Source of the DNA: Winogradskyella sp.
GTDB lineage: Bacteria > Bacteroidota > Bacteroidia > Flavobacteriales > Flavobacteriaceae
Reading direction: 5' to 3'
Assembly: GCA_965250025.1 (NCBI GenBank)
Contig: OZ252283.1
Location: 2,050,121-2,114,120 of the forward strand
DNA: 64,000 nucleotides
Made by a program: the position numbers and the translations under genes
Notes under the pieces: generated by a model
What the model was told of the DNA's origin: nothing
Seen by the model: the letters and a program-made list of their open reading frames with translations, nothing else
Databases searched by the model: none
In this document: positions 47,658-56,703 of the stretch, piece by piece
Layout of the letters: every line of letters begins with the position of its first letter
How positions within the stretch are numbered: position 1 is the stretch's first letter

Positions 47658-47660
47658 CTT

Positions 47661-48233
47661 ATGGAATTTGAAGAATTGTATTTTGAACGCGATACCGATT
47701 GGTACGATTGGTTACTCAACAATCATAAACAATCAAAAGGCGTGTATCTCATTTTCTATAAACTAGAAACCAACATCCCTACCATGCGCTGGGAAGAAGC
47801 GGTTAGAGTGGCATTATGCTTTGGCTGGATCGATTCCACAGTAAAAAGCCTGGGCAATGGTAAGCGCCGACAATACTTCTGTCCACGCAATCCTAAAAGT
47901 TTATGGAGTAAAGTCAATAAAACCCACGTAAAAGAATTGATTGCTGAAGGCTTAATGCAAGATGAAGGTCAAAGAATGATTGAATTGGCAAAAACCACCG
48001 GCACATGGACGGCTATGGATGATATAGAAAACGGTATTATTCCAGAGAATTTACAAAAAGCTTTTGACCGCAACCCCAAGGCATTTGAAAATTATCAAAA
48101 TTTTGCCAGAGGCTACCGGAAAGCTTATCTATCATGGTTATATAGTGCAAAACGTGAAGAAACCCAACAAAAACGCATTGAGGAGATCATCCGCCTTTGT
48201 GAGGCAAATATCAAAAGCCGCAGTAATTGGTAA
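47661..48233 (+). CDS. YdeI/OmpD-associated family protein
   Basis: 190 aa with blocks EEAVRVALCFGWIDS and YRKAYLSWLYSAKREETQQKRI typical of the YdeI family. From memory. Confidence 0.55.
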   Translation: MEFEELYFERDTDWYDWLLNNHKQSKGVYLIFYKLETNIPTMRWEEAVRVALCFGWIDSTVKSLGNGKRRQYFCPRNPKSLWSKVNKTHVKELIAEGLMQDEGQRMIELAKTTGTWTAMDDIENGIIPENLQKAFDRNPKAFENYQNFARGYRKAYLSWLYSAKREETQQKRIEEIIRLCEANIKSRSNW

Positions 48234-48240
48234 GTTTTAT

Positions 48241-48969
48241 TTAGAACATTAATTCTTTGATATTATCCATATAGCCTCTGCTCACTCTTACCACATCTCC
48301 ATTTTTCATGGTCACATCATAACTTTTGGCATATTTATTTAACTCTTTTACATTGTGAAGGTTAATGATTGATGAACGATGTACCCTGATGAACATAGAA
48401 CCATTGAGTTTTTCTTCGAGCGTTGAGATGCCATAATTACTAATATAAGTTTTAGCATCGGTAACCAGTTTAGAATAATCACCATAAGCTTCAATACGTA
48501 TGACCTCTGCCAAAGCTATAGTAACCAGTTTATTTTGAGTTTGTACCAAGATACGCTCGGGAAACTTATTGGCATCCATTAGCAAGCTTTCTGTAAGTGG
48601 TCTGGCTTTATTATCGTCTGAATCATACTTCAATTTGTCTACAGCTACTTTAAACCGCTCTCTGGTATAGGGCTTTAACAAATAATCTACAGCATGTACC
48701 TCAAAGGCCTTTAATGCATATTGATCGTATGCTGTTGAAAAAATAATCTGAGGTAATTCTTCTAAATGCGTCAAAACATCAAAACCTGTCATGCCAGGCA
48801 TTTGGATATCTAAGAATACCAAATCGGGTTTGAATTCATTAATAACCTTTACGGCATCTACACCATTGTTAGCCTCACCTAAAAGTATCAATTCTGGATA
48901 ATCACCTAAATATTCCTTTATCAACTGGCGCCCAGCTGCTTCGTCATCTATGATAATTACTTTCTTCAT
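48241..48969 (-). CDS. LytTR-family response regulator
   Basis: Receiver domain (VIIIDDE..PDLVFLDIQMPGMTGF) plus a C-terminal LytTR domain (FIRVHRSSIINL..). 4-nt ATGA overlap with the kinase gene. Confidence 0.9.
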   Translation of the reverse strand: MKKVIIIDDEAAGRQLIKEYLGDYPELILLGEANNGVDAVKVINEFKPDLVFLDIQMPGMTGFDVLTHLEELPQIIFSTAYDQYALKAFEVHAVDYLLKPYTRERFKVAVDKLKYDSDDNKARPLTESLLMDANKFPERILVQTQNKLVTIALAEVIRIEAYGDYSKLVTDAKTYISNYGISTLEEKLNGSMFIRVHRSSIINLHNVKELNKYAKSYDVTMKNGDVVRVSRGYMDNIKELMF

Positions 48970-50036
48970 ATTGTAAAGCTAATTTTTAACCCTTGTGGAG
49001 TATTATCGGATAATTTTAGAGTACTCTTATATATTTTTTCGAGACGTAGTCTCGTATTGGTAAGTCCTATCCCTTTATGAAATACTGAATCTTTATTTTC
49101 AATACCAATGCCTGTATCTGCAATTTCAAAATGTAGTTTTTCGTCTTTCTTAATAATTTTAATGGATATCTTACCACCTTCAATCAATGATGACAGACCG
49201 TGTTTGATAGAATTCTCTACCAAAGGTTGTAATAACATCGGAGGGATTAATTCTTCATATAATGTTTCAGCAACATCCATTTCAATGTTTAAGCGTTCCT
49301 GAAAGCGTTCTTTTTCCAGAGCCAAATACTTATTTACAAAATCCAATTCTTCTTTAAGCGTAACTTTATCTACCTGCGATGCCTTTAACTGATAGCGAAA
49401 CAAGTCTGAGAGTTCAGCAATGAGATATCTGGTTTTCTCATTTTTGGGAGGCACTGAAGCACTTATCGTATTAAATGTATTGTATAAAAAATGTGGATTT
49501 AATTGCGCTTTTAAAGCAGAAAGCTCACTTTTTAGAGCTGCATGTCGCAACTCACCTTCAAGTATTAGTTTTCTTCTATTCTCAAGATAGAAATTATACG
49601 AGTGCATAATACCAAATTGAAGAATATAAAACAATGCCGGAATATAAATATCCCAAATACGTCCTGTTCCGCCCAAATGAAAAAAACCAATAGCCTCACA
49701 GATCTCATAATATAATTGCTGCCAAACAATTACAAAAATTGGTAACAAAATAACGTGTAATAAAAGGCGCTTGGTCATTGTCCAATGCTTTAGTTTTCTG
49801 AATAGCAAATACCAGATGGGTAACGTTAGTATTAACTTTATCATATAGTCCAGACCACTATCATCGATCACTATCCAAAAGTCAAAAAATTTATCTTCTC
49901 GTTCACTATAACCCTGTCTATTGATATATAGCGTTACATAGTAAAACAAACTAAAGAATATATAAAATCCCAGAAATGCCAGGATGTCACCCACTCTGAC
50001 TGTGAGGAATCGTTTATTAAGAAAAGAAGTATCCAT
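48966..50036 (-). CDS. Sensor histidine kinase, LytS/YehU-like (His_kinase + HATPase)
   Basis: Five or so N-terminal TM helices, H-box LNPHFLYNTFNTI, ATPase N-box LLQPLVENSIKHG, and G-box DTGIG. Confidence 0.85.
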   Translation of the reverse strand: MDTSFLNKRFLTVRVGDILAFLGFYIFFSLFYYVTLYINRQGYSEREDKFFDFWIVIDDSGLDYMIKLILTLPIWYLLFRKLKHWTMTKRLLLHVILLPIFVIVWQQLYYEICEAIGFFHLGGTGRIWDIYIPALFYILQFGIMHSYNFYLENRRKLILEGELRHAALKSELSALKAQLNPHFLYNTFNTISASVPPKNEKTRYLIAELSDLFRYQLKASQVDKVTLKEELDFVNKYLALEKERFQERLNIEMDVAETLYEELIPPMLLQPLVENSIKHGLSSLIEGGKISIKIIKKDEKLHFEIADTGIGIENKDSVFHKGIGLTNTRLRLEKIYKSTLKLSDNTPQGLKISFTI

Positions 50037-50053
50037 TATTAATATAGTTTCGA

Positions 50054-50061
50054 CAAATCTA
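50054..50061 (-). promoter_or_regulatory. -7 promoter element (TAGATTTG on minus strand) for the kinase-regulator operon
   Basis: The plus strand reads CAAATCTA, 18 nt upstream of ATG 50036. Confidence 0.35.
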
Positions 50062-50220
50062 AATGTACTTCATATTATCTAATAATACTAATCGACGAGT
50101 TGACCTATACGTCGTTAAATGGGCCGGTCGACTCATCAGTTCATAGGCCCACTCAACGATAAGCACGTGTATTGCCTTATGCTAAATTTCATATTTGCAT
50201 TGTAATCAAAAACAACACTT

Positions 50221-52620
50221 ATGAAAACTTTCATACTATGTCTTTTAATATGCTTCTTTAACAGCATAACAGCACAAAACAAAATATCTGGTATTGTAGC
50301 AGACTCTGAAAATCAGTCCATACCTTCTGCTATAGTATCATTATTAGATTCTGAAACTAAAGCTTTCATTAAAGCCAAACTGTCTGGTGATAATGGAGTC
50401 TTTATGTTAGACAATGTACCTGATGGCTCATATCAATTATGGATTACCAGCTTGGGGTATAAAGACTATTACACAGAACCTTTTACTATTGAAAGTACAA
50501 ACAAAAGTTTTGACTCAATACTGATGGAGGCTGACACAGAAGCCTTAGACGAAGTAACTATAACAGCAGAAAAACCACTTATACAGGTGTTGGCTGACAA
50601 AACCGTATTTAATGTGGCTAATACCATCAATGCCGTTGGAGATTCTGGGTTTGAATTGCTCCGAAAAGCTCCGGGTGTCATTATCGATAACTCAGACAAC
50701 ATCATTGTTGAAGGTAAAACCGGAGTATTGATTTATATAGATGATAAACCTTCGGTACTACGCGGTCAGGATTTGGTTAATTATCTAAGAACCCTGCAAG
50801 CCAGCGATATAGAGTCTATTGAAATCATTACTCAGCCGTCCTCTAAATACGATGCTGAGGGGAATGCAGGTATCATTAACATTAAGCTAAAACGTGATAA
50901 ATCATTGGGTACAAATGGTAGTATATCCTCTGGAGTAACAGTAGGAGAACTTGCCAGATTTTACAATTCGGTTTCATTCAATAACAGAACAAAAAAAACC
51001 AGCCTTTATGGTACGTACAGCAATCGTTTTGGTAGAGGTACCAGCTTTATAAACTTAAATCGTTTTCAAAACAATACTAATTTTAATGCCAGAACAGAAA
51101 GTGTCTTTGATAATAATATTAATAATCTCAGATTGGGATTTGATTTTTACGCTAATGCTAAATCAACTTTTGGTATCATTGCTACTGGAAATTTCAACAA
51201 TTCTGGCTCTGAGAGTGACTCCAGAACTCCAATAACACCTTTAGACAGCCAAAATACTTCTGAAGTTTTAGTGGCTGGTAGTGATTCAAAAAATAAGACT
51301 TCAAATATCTTTACCAATATCAATTACCGATTTAAAGATACTTTGGGGCATACGCTTAATATTGATCTGGATTATGGAAAGTATACCAACGACAGAACCA
51401 ACCTACAACCTAATCAATACTTTAATGGGGATGAAACCGAAATTTTGAGTCAAAACATTGCTTTTTTTGACACGCCTATTGATATTTCCATACTTTCTAC
51501 GCAAGCCGATTATTCCCAAAACCTATTTAAAGGTGTACTAAGCCTTGGGGCTAAGTTTTCAAAAGTAAAGACAGATAACAGTTTTGATGCTTTCGATCGT
51601 ACTAATGGGAATAACGATCTGGACACCTCCCAATCAAATGACTTTAGTTATGATGAACGCATCAATGCAGCCTATTTTAACTATAAGCAAAAATTTGAGG
51701 CATTCAATATTCAATTTGGATTGAGAATGGAAAACACAGTTTCTGATGCTCAATTAGAAAGCTTACAGGAAAATGCCAATAACCGCGTAAAACGTAACTA
51801 TACGGACTGGTTCCCTAGTGCCGGCATCACCTATCAAATGAATCAAAAGAACAGTTTAGCCCTCAATTACAGTAGACGTATTCAACGTCCTACCTACCAA
51901 AGTTTAAACCCTTTTCAGTACCGTATAGACGAACTATCATTCAGACAAGGTAATCCCTTTTTACAGCCTCAGTACACTGACAATCTAAGGTTATCGCACA
52001 CATATAATTACAGACTAACAACATCACTTAGTTATAGCTTCATCAAGGATTTTTTCGCGCAGGTTACTGAAGCTGGAGAAGGTAATTCTAACTCTTTGAT
52101 CAGCAGAAACGTAGCCAATCAAAAGATCATTAATCTTGGAATTTCATACCCTACAAGATTTACGGATTGGTGGAATGTTTACATCAGCCTAAATGCATAC
52201 CGAAGCATCTTTGAAGCCACCAATCCTGATTTCATTTCCATTAGTCAAAATACGTTAAGTTTCTACGCACAAAATACGTTTAAACTTCCTAATGACTTCA
52301 GAATTGAAGTATCTGGATGGTATAATTCTCCTTCGGTATGGGGTGGTACTTATGAGACACAAAGCATGGGGTCACTCAACCTAGCATTTCAGAAGCGTTT
52401 CTTTGATAATACCCTGACAGCAAGATTAGCATTTAACGATATCTTATTCACTTCACCATGGCGTGGGACAACTCAATTTGGTGACTTATCAATTCGCGGA
52501 GATGGTGGTAGCGATAGTCGACAGGTACGCTTTAACCTCACTTATAATTTTGGTCGTAATGAGATTAAAAAAGCACGCAAACGAAAAACAGGGATTGAAG
52601 ACGAAAAAAGCAGACTGTAA
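50221..52620 (+). CDS. Outer-membrane beta-barrel protein, TonB-dependent-receptor-like (CarboxypepD_reg + plug-like + barrel)
   Basis: Signal peptide. N-terminal ISGIVADSENQSIPSAIVSLLD (carboxypeptidase-regulatory-like fold), plug-like DEVTITAEKP..PGV and alternating beta-strand C-terminal barrel. The final residues are basic (..KKARKRKTGIEDEKSRL), not a terminal aromatic. Confidence 0.72.
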   Translation: MKTFILCLLICFFNSITAQNKISGIVADSENQSIPSAIVSLLDSETKAFIKAKLSGDNGVFMLDNVPDGSYQLWITSLGYKDYYTEPFTIESTNKSFDSILMEADTEALDEVTITAEKPLIQVLADKTVFNVANTINAVGDSGFELLRKAPGVIIDNSDNIIVEGKTGVLIYIDDKPSVLRGQDLVNYLRTLQASDIESIEIITQPSSKYDAEGNAGIINIKLKRDKSLGTNGSISSGVTVGELARFYNSVSFNNRTKKTSLYGTYSNRFGRGTSFINLNRFQNNTNFNARTESVFDNNINNLRLGFDFYANAKSTFGIIATGNFNNSGSESDSRTPITPLDSQNTSEVLVAGSDSKNKTSNIFTNINYRFKDTLGHTLNIDLDYGKYTNDRTNLQPNQYFNGDETEILSQNIAFFDTPIDISILSTQADYSQNLFKGVLSLGAKFSKVKTDNSFDAFDRTNGNNDLDTSQSNDFSYDERINAAYFNYKQKFEAFNIQFGLRMENTVSDAQLESLQENANNRVKRNYTDWFPSAGITYQMNQKNSLALNYSRRIQRPTYQSLNPFQYRIDELSFRQGNPFLQPQYTDNLRLSHTYNYRLTTSLSYSFIKDFFAQVTEAGEGNSNSLISRNVANQKIINLGISYPTRFTDWWNVYISLNAYRSIFEATNPDFISISQNTLSFYAQNTFKLPNDFRIEVSGWYNSPSVWGGTYETQSMGSLNLAFQKRFFDNTLTARLAFNDILFTSPWRGTTQFGDLSIRGDGGSDSRQVRFNLTYNFGRNEIKKARKRKTGIEDEKSRL

Positions 52621-52641
52621 CCAACTACAAAAACTAATATC

Positions 52642-53241
52642 ATGAAAAACAAGAATCATATCTTAAGCTTTTTATCACTGATTTTTATTATAATATTCGT
52701 GTTAGGTGGTCAGGCGCAAAACACCTACTTAAAAATCTATGAAGATTATAATAACAAAAAGGTAAAAATGTATCCGCCGGGCACTCAATTTGAATTAAAA
52801 AACGAACATAATCAAGTCGTCTTAAAAGCTAATGAACGCCCTTCTATTTATGACATTGATGGCTCTTACACATTGATTGTTTATCCAAGTTACAAGTCTG
52901 GTAAAGATATTTACAAACTCAATAAAGGAAGGATTGAACTGGCTTTAACTAAAGATTTTGGAAAATCGAAAAGGAAAGGCATTTATATTGACAAAAATAA
53001 AGTCACTGCTCATAAGAGCATTACGAATTCAAAACAATTAACTGGTCAAAAGAATTTGATATTCGAATTAAGCAATGGTATCATATTTACTTATACTGAT
53101 GGTAAATATTTAGCAAAACTTGATGGCAAGTACTTAAATGTGACCAACAAATATATTGTACGAAGTAAAATTGGGATTCTAAAACTAAGTTTTAATCCCA
53201 ATAACGGTGAAGTCTGGTGGATTTTTGACAAGAATGAGTAA
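52642..53241 (+). CDS. Lys-rich exported protein of unknown function
   Basis: Signal or anchor sequence, 199 aa, no motif I recognise. 21-nt gap after the barrel gene. Confidence 0.4.
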   Translation: MKNKNHILSFLSLIFIIIFVLGGQAQNTYLKIYEDYNNKKVKMYPPGTQFELKNEHNQVVLKANERPSIYDIDGSYTLIVYPSYKSGKDIYKLNKGRIELALTKDFGKSKRKGIYIDKNKVTAHKSITNSKQLTGQKNLIFELSNGIIFTYTDGKYLAKLDGKYLNVTNKYIVRSKIGILKLSFNPNNGEVWWIFDKNE

Positions 53242-53250
53242 GTCTGGATT

Positions 53251-53277
53251 AAGAGAAGGGTTTTTTGCCCTTCTCTT
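53251..53277. terminator. Strong hairpin between convergent genes (candidate bidirectional terminator)
   Basis: Perfect 10-bp stem aagagaaggg / cccttctctt with a T-rich 7-nt loop. Overlaps the stop of the AAA+ gene. No clear distal T-run. Confidence 0.5.
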
Positions 53278-54742
53278 ATATACCACTAATAAAACTCCCA
53301 TAAGGGTCTTTAAACTGTAGACCTTCAGTAAAACGGTATTTACTTAATTGCTTAAACTCTACCAAAGCCCAGAGTATAAACTCCTTAACGAAATAAGTAT
53401 CTGCTGTATTTAAATTTGGCTGATACTCACCAATAAGATCATCTAACGGAGCTATACTATTCAGAATGGTCTGGTATTCTTTATCCTTGACATGGTCTAA
53501 TAGTTCAAACCCATCCTTAAGATTAAAAAACCAGGATACCAAATGGTCATACGGTGTTTCTTCATCCTGTTTCTGTAGTTTCTCAATCTTCGGGAAATAC
53601 TTAGGGAACAACGTTTTTATTGCGTTTTCTATCAATATGCTGGCCACAGCATCAGCGCCTTCTTGCTCACCTTCATAGACCAATTCTATTTTGCCAGTAA
53701 TTGCCGGTATGACTCCCATAAAATCGGATAATCTTACTATTGTCCTTTCATCATTAGCTAATAATGCTCTACGCTCAGCCGTACTCAATAGGTTTTCGTA
53801 AGCCGTGATACTCATCCGGGCACTCACACCACTTTTAGCATCTACATATTCACTATCTCTGGCCTCAAAACCTATCTGCTCTAATAATTCTTTAGCTAAC
53901 TCCGGCACGTGAATATGACCGGCTTGGGCTTCTACGAGTTTTGCTTCCTGAGCTGTTATGGTCTTTGCTATGGTAACATTATCCGGGTAGTGTGTTAAAA
54001 TTTGAGAGCCGATTCGATCTTTTAATGGAGTTACGATACTCCCTCTGTTGGTATAATCTTCCGGATTGGCTGTAAATATGAATTGCATATCTAACGGTAA
54101 TCGCAATTTAAACCCTCTAATCTGTATATCACCTTCCTGTAAAATATTGAATAATGCTACTTGTATTCTGGCTTGTAAATCCGGAAGTTCATTAATTACA
54201 AATATACATCGGTTGGCTTTGGGAATCATGCCATAATGAATCACTCGATCGTCAGCATAACTCAATTTTAAATTGGCAGCTTTAATAGGATCCACATCAC
54301 CTATAATATCTGCGACAGTGACATCTGGTGTTGCCAGTTTTTCTGCAAAACGTTCTGAACGATGCAACCATACGATTGGCGTATCATCGCCTTTGTCATC
54401 AATTAACGTTTTGGCATATCTGGAAATGGGTTTTAGAGGATCGTCATTAATCTCTGAACCTTCAACAATTGGTATATATTCGTCTAATAAATTTACCATT
54501 ATCCGCGCCAAGCGTGTTTTAGCTTGCCCACGTAATCCCAACAAATTAATATTATGCCTGGACAAAATGGCACGTTCCAACTCTGGTATTACTGTATGTT
54601 CGTAGCCATGAATACCTTCAAAAGTCTTAATCTTACTTTTGATATTGTTTATCAAATTGTCTCTTAATTCGTCTTTAATAGATTTTGATATGTATCCTGC
54701 TGCTTTTAGCGCACCCAGAGTGGTGATGTTTTCAATTTTCAT
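53276..54742 (-). CDS. ChlI/BchI-like AAA+ ATPase (Mg-chelatase-related family), atypical P-loop
   Basis: 488 aa. P-loop-like LLGLRGQAKTRLAR, Walker-B-position CIFVINELPD, Arg-finger/sensor region SGVSARM. No GAFTGA loop and no HTH. Confidence 0.7.
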   Translation of the reverse strand: MKIENITTLGALKAAGYISKSIKDELRDNLINNIKSKIKTFEGIHGYEHTVIPELERAILSRHNINLLGLRGQAKTRLARIMVNLLDEYIPIVEGSEINDDPLKPISRYAKTLIDDKGDDTPIVWLHRSERFAEKLATPDVTVADIIGDVDPIKAANLKLSYADDRVIHYGMIPKANRCIFVINELPDLQARIQVALFNILQEGDIQIRGFKLRLPLDMQFIFTANPEDYTNRGSIVTPLKDRIGSQILTHYPDNVTIAKTITAQEAKLVEAQAGHIHVPELAKELLEQIGFEARDSEYVDAKSGVSARMSITAYENLLSTAERRALLANDERTIVRLSDFMGVIPAITGKIELVYEGEQEGADAVASILIENAIKTLFPKYFPKIEKLQKQDEETPYDHLVSWFFNLKDGFELLDHVKDKEYQTILNSIAPLDDLIGEYQPNLNTADTYFVKEFILWALVEFKQLSKYRFTEGLQFKDPYGSFISGI

Positions 54743-54744
54743 AG

Positions 54745-55869
54745 TTAACCTTTAATTCTTTTTTTTCGATTGGTTTCATAATCTTCAAAGATCATTTCTC
54801 CTAAACCTTTAAGTCCTGTATAAAATGCTTTCCCCCTGTTTGCTTGCGTAAACTCGCGTACAAAACGCATAAGGTAAGGGTCTTCAGCAATCATAAATGT
54901 TGTAATAGGAATATGTAACCTTCTAGCTTGCTGAGCCATGGCATAACACCTGTTAGTAATATATGGATCCAGACCATTACTATTCTTATAATATTGTCCA
55001 TCAGGAAGCTTTAAACAACTTGGCTTACCGTCAGTGATCATAAAAATTTGTTTATTAGTATTGCGCTTTCTCCGTAGCATATCCATGGCCAGTTGTAATC
55101 CGGCAACAGTATTGGTATGATACGGCCCTACTTGCAGGTATGGTAAATCCTTAATAGCTATTGGCCAGGCATCATTACCAAAAACTAAAATGTCTAAGGT
55201 ATCCTTTGGATATCTGGTGGTAATAAGCTCAGATAAAGCCATGGCTACTTTTTTGGCCGGAGTAATACGATCCTCCCCGTATAATATCATACTATGACTG
55301 ATATCAATCATAAGTACAGTGCTCATCTGAGACTTATGCAGTGTCTCTTCTACGACCAAGTCATCTTCAGTGAGCTCAAAATTTCCAATGCCATGATTTA
55401 TTTGTGCATTACGCAAACTTTCGGTCATAGATACTTTCTCTATGGCATCACCAAATTGATACGTACGAAATTCTCCGGTATGTTCATCGCCTATTCCAAT
55501 ACCTTTACTTCTGTGATTCCCCGAACCACTGCGTTTGATACTCCCAAAAATATGATCTAAAGCTTGTTGACGAATGGCTCTTTCTGTCTTTGCTGTAATG
55601 GCCATACCACCTTTGCCATCTGGTTGTATTTCTTCTCGTATGTACCCTTTCTTTTTAAGGTCTTCAATAAAATCTTCGATGGTATATTCTGATGTAGTAA
55701 GCTTATATTCTTCATCCAGTTGCCTCAACCAATCTATGGCTTCATCAAAATCTCCCGAGGTATAAGTAATAAGCTCTTTAAAGATTTCAAAGAGTTTTTC
55801 AAAAGGGGACTGACTAGGCGCTTTGTAGGTTTTAAATACAAAGCCCGATCTTCTATTAGGATTATTCAT
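54745..55869 (-). CDS. VWA-domain protein (CoxE-like) with complete MIDAS
   Basis: 374 aa. MIDAS DISHS .. HTNT .. ITDGKP. Its stop is 2 nt from the AAA+ gene start. Confidence 0.75.
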   Translation of the reverse strand: MNNPNRRSGFVFKTYKAPSQSPFEKLFEIFKELITYTSGDFDEAIDWLRQLDEEYKLTTSEYTIEDFIEDLKKKGYIREEIQPDGKGGMAITAKTERAIRQQALDHIFGSIKRSGSGNHRSKGIGIGDEHTGEFRTYQFGDAIEKVSMTESLRNAQINHGIGNFELTEDDLVVEETLHKSQMSTVLMIDISHSMILYGEDRITPAKKVAMALSELITTRYPKDTLDILVFGNDAWPIAIKDLPYLQVGPYHTNTVAGLQLAMDMLRRKRNTNKQIFMITDGKPSCLKLPDGQYYKNSNGLDPYITNRCYAMAQQARRLHIPITTFMIAEDPYLMRFVREFTQANRGKAFYTGLKGLGEMIFEDYETNRKKRIKG

Positions 55870-55940
55870 AGCATTATAAAAGTAATGCTTTTTTGCAACA
55901 ATAAACAGACGAATCTATGATCTTAACAACGTCTTAAGAT

Positions 55941-56618
55941 TTATTCAATCCACTTCAATCCGTTGTAATTTTCGATCTTGATCTGCTTCCCTGAAGTTGA
56001 TATATACCCTTGTTTTTTGAACTGAGATAAGATTCGTATTGCCGATTCGGTAGCGGTCCCAACGATACTGGCATAATCTTCACGGGAAATGACAATGCTC
56101 ATAAACCCATTTTCATCTACACCAAAGTTATCATGAATATACATCAAGGTTTCTGCCATGCGTCGTTTCACAGATTTCTGGGCCATATTTACAATAGACT
56201 GATCAGATTCTTTCAGATCCTCTCCCATCCGCTTCAAAACATCCATTGAAAAATTAGGATTCTTTTCCAAATCGGTCATGATCTCACTCTTAGGAATAAA
56301 ACACATTTCCATATCATTAAGGGCTACAGCACTCAAATTTGTTTTTTGCTCAGTGACTAAAGAACGTTTTCCCAAAAGACCACCTTTCACCACAAGTTTT
56401 ACAACTTGGTCTTTACCATTTTCACTAAGTTTAGTCAATTTACATACGCCATCTCTAACACAATAAATACCATTTAGTGTTTCGCCTTCTTCAAAAATCA
56501 CTTCGCCTTTTCTGATCGTCTTTCCTGTTTTACAAGCTGAAATCCGGACAAGTTCGTCTCTTGTCAGTGCTTTGAGAGAGTTAAATTCTCTCACTATACA
56601 CTGTTCACATTTACTCAT
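55941..56618 (-). CDS. Crp/Fnr-family transcriptional regulator (Fnr-like, N-terminal cysteines)
   Basis: cNMP-binding-like beta-roll (GEVIFEEGETLNGIYCVRDGVCKL), C-terminal HTH (REDYASIVGTATESAIRILSQF). Cys at positions 4, 7 and 29, plus others. Confidence 0.85.
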   Translation of the reverse strand: MSKCEQCIVREFNSLKALTRDELVRISACKTGKTIRKGEVIFEEGETLNGIYCVRDGVCKLTKLSENGKDQVVKLVVKGGLLGKRSLVTEQKTNLSAVALNDMEMCFIPKSEIMTDLEKNPNFSMDVLKRMGEDLKESDQSIVNMAQKSVKRRMAETLMYIHDNFGVDENGFMSIVISREDYASIVGTATESAIRILSQFKKQGYISTSGKQIKIENYNGLKWIE

Positions 56619-56656
56619 ACCTATTAAGTTTTAATACCTTCTTCAAATTTAATGAA

Positions 56657-56676
56657 AACATGACAAATATCATATT
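56657..56676. promoter_or_regulatory. Fnr/Crp-type box AACATGAC-AAAT-ATCATATT in the fnr/ccoI divergent region
   Basis: The core ATGAC-N4-ATCAT compares with the TTGAT-N4-ATCAA consensus. Centred 33 bp upstream of the centre of a -7-like element. Near-identical to the box at 59116-59135. Confidence 0.5.
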
Positions 56677-56695
56677 ATAAAGCATAGTAAAATGT

Positions 56696-56703
56696 AATAT
56701 TTG
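56696..56703 (+). promoter_or_regulatory. -7-like promoter element (AATATTTG, 7/8) for ccoI
   Basis: One mismatch to TAnnTTTG. 26 nt upstream of ATG 56729. Confidence 0.3.

Noticed and set aside
50119-50205. 28-codon ORF (MGRSTHQFIGPLNDKHVYCLMLNFIFAL) beginning in the GC-rich island.
   Set aside because: It spans the candidate -7 region of the barrel gene and has no recognisable features. The GC-rich block is better treated as a DNA or RNA element.
53276-54742. Interpretation as a sigma-54 enhancer-binding protein. This family is sometimes labelled sigma-54-interacting.
   Set aside because: There is no GAFTGA loop, no receiver or sensory N-domain of the bEBP type and no C-terminal HTH. The architecture and the adjacent VWA gene fit the ChlI/MoxR-type AAA+ plus VWA paradigm instead.
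55870-55940. Fnr half-site (ATGAT at 55916-55920) and small hairpins (agcatta/taatgct; atcttaa/ttaagat) between fnr and the VWA gene.
   Set aside because: The right half (ACAAC) does not match ATCAT. The hairpins are short and AT-rich, and neither is followed by a T-run in the transcribed (minus) direction. This is not enough to call a terminator or operator, so co-transcription with fnr stays open.
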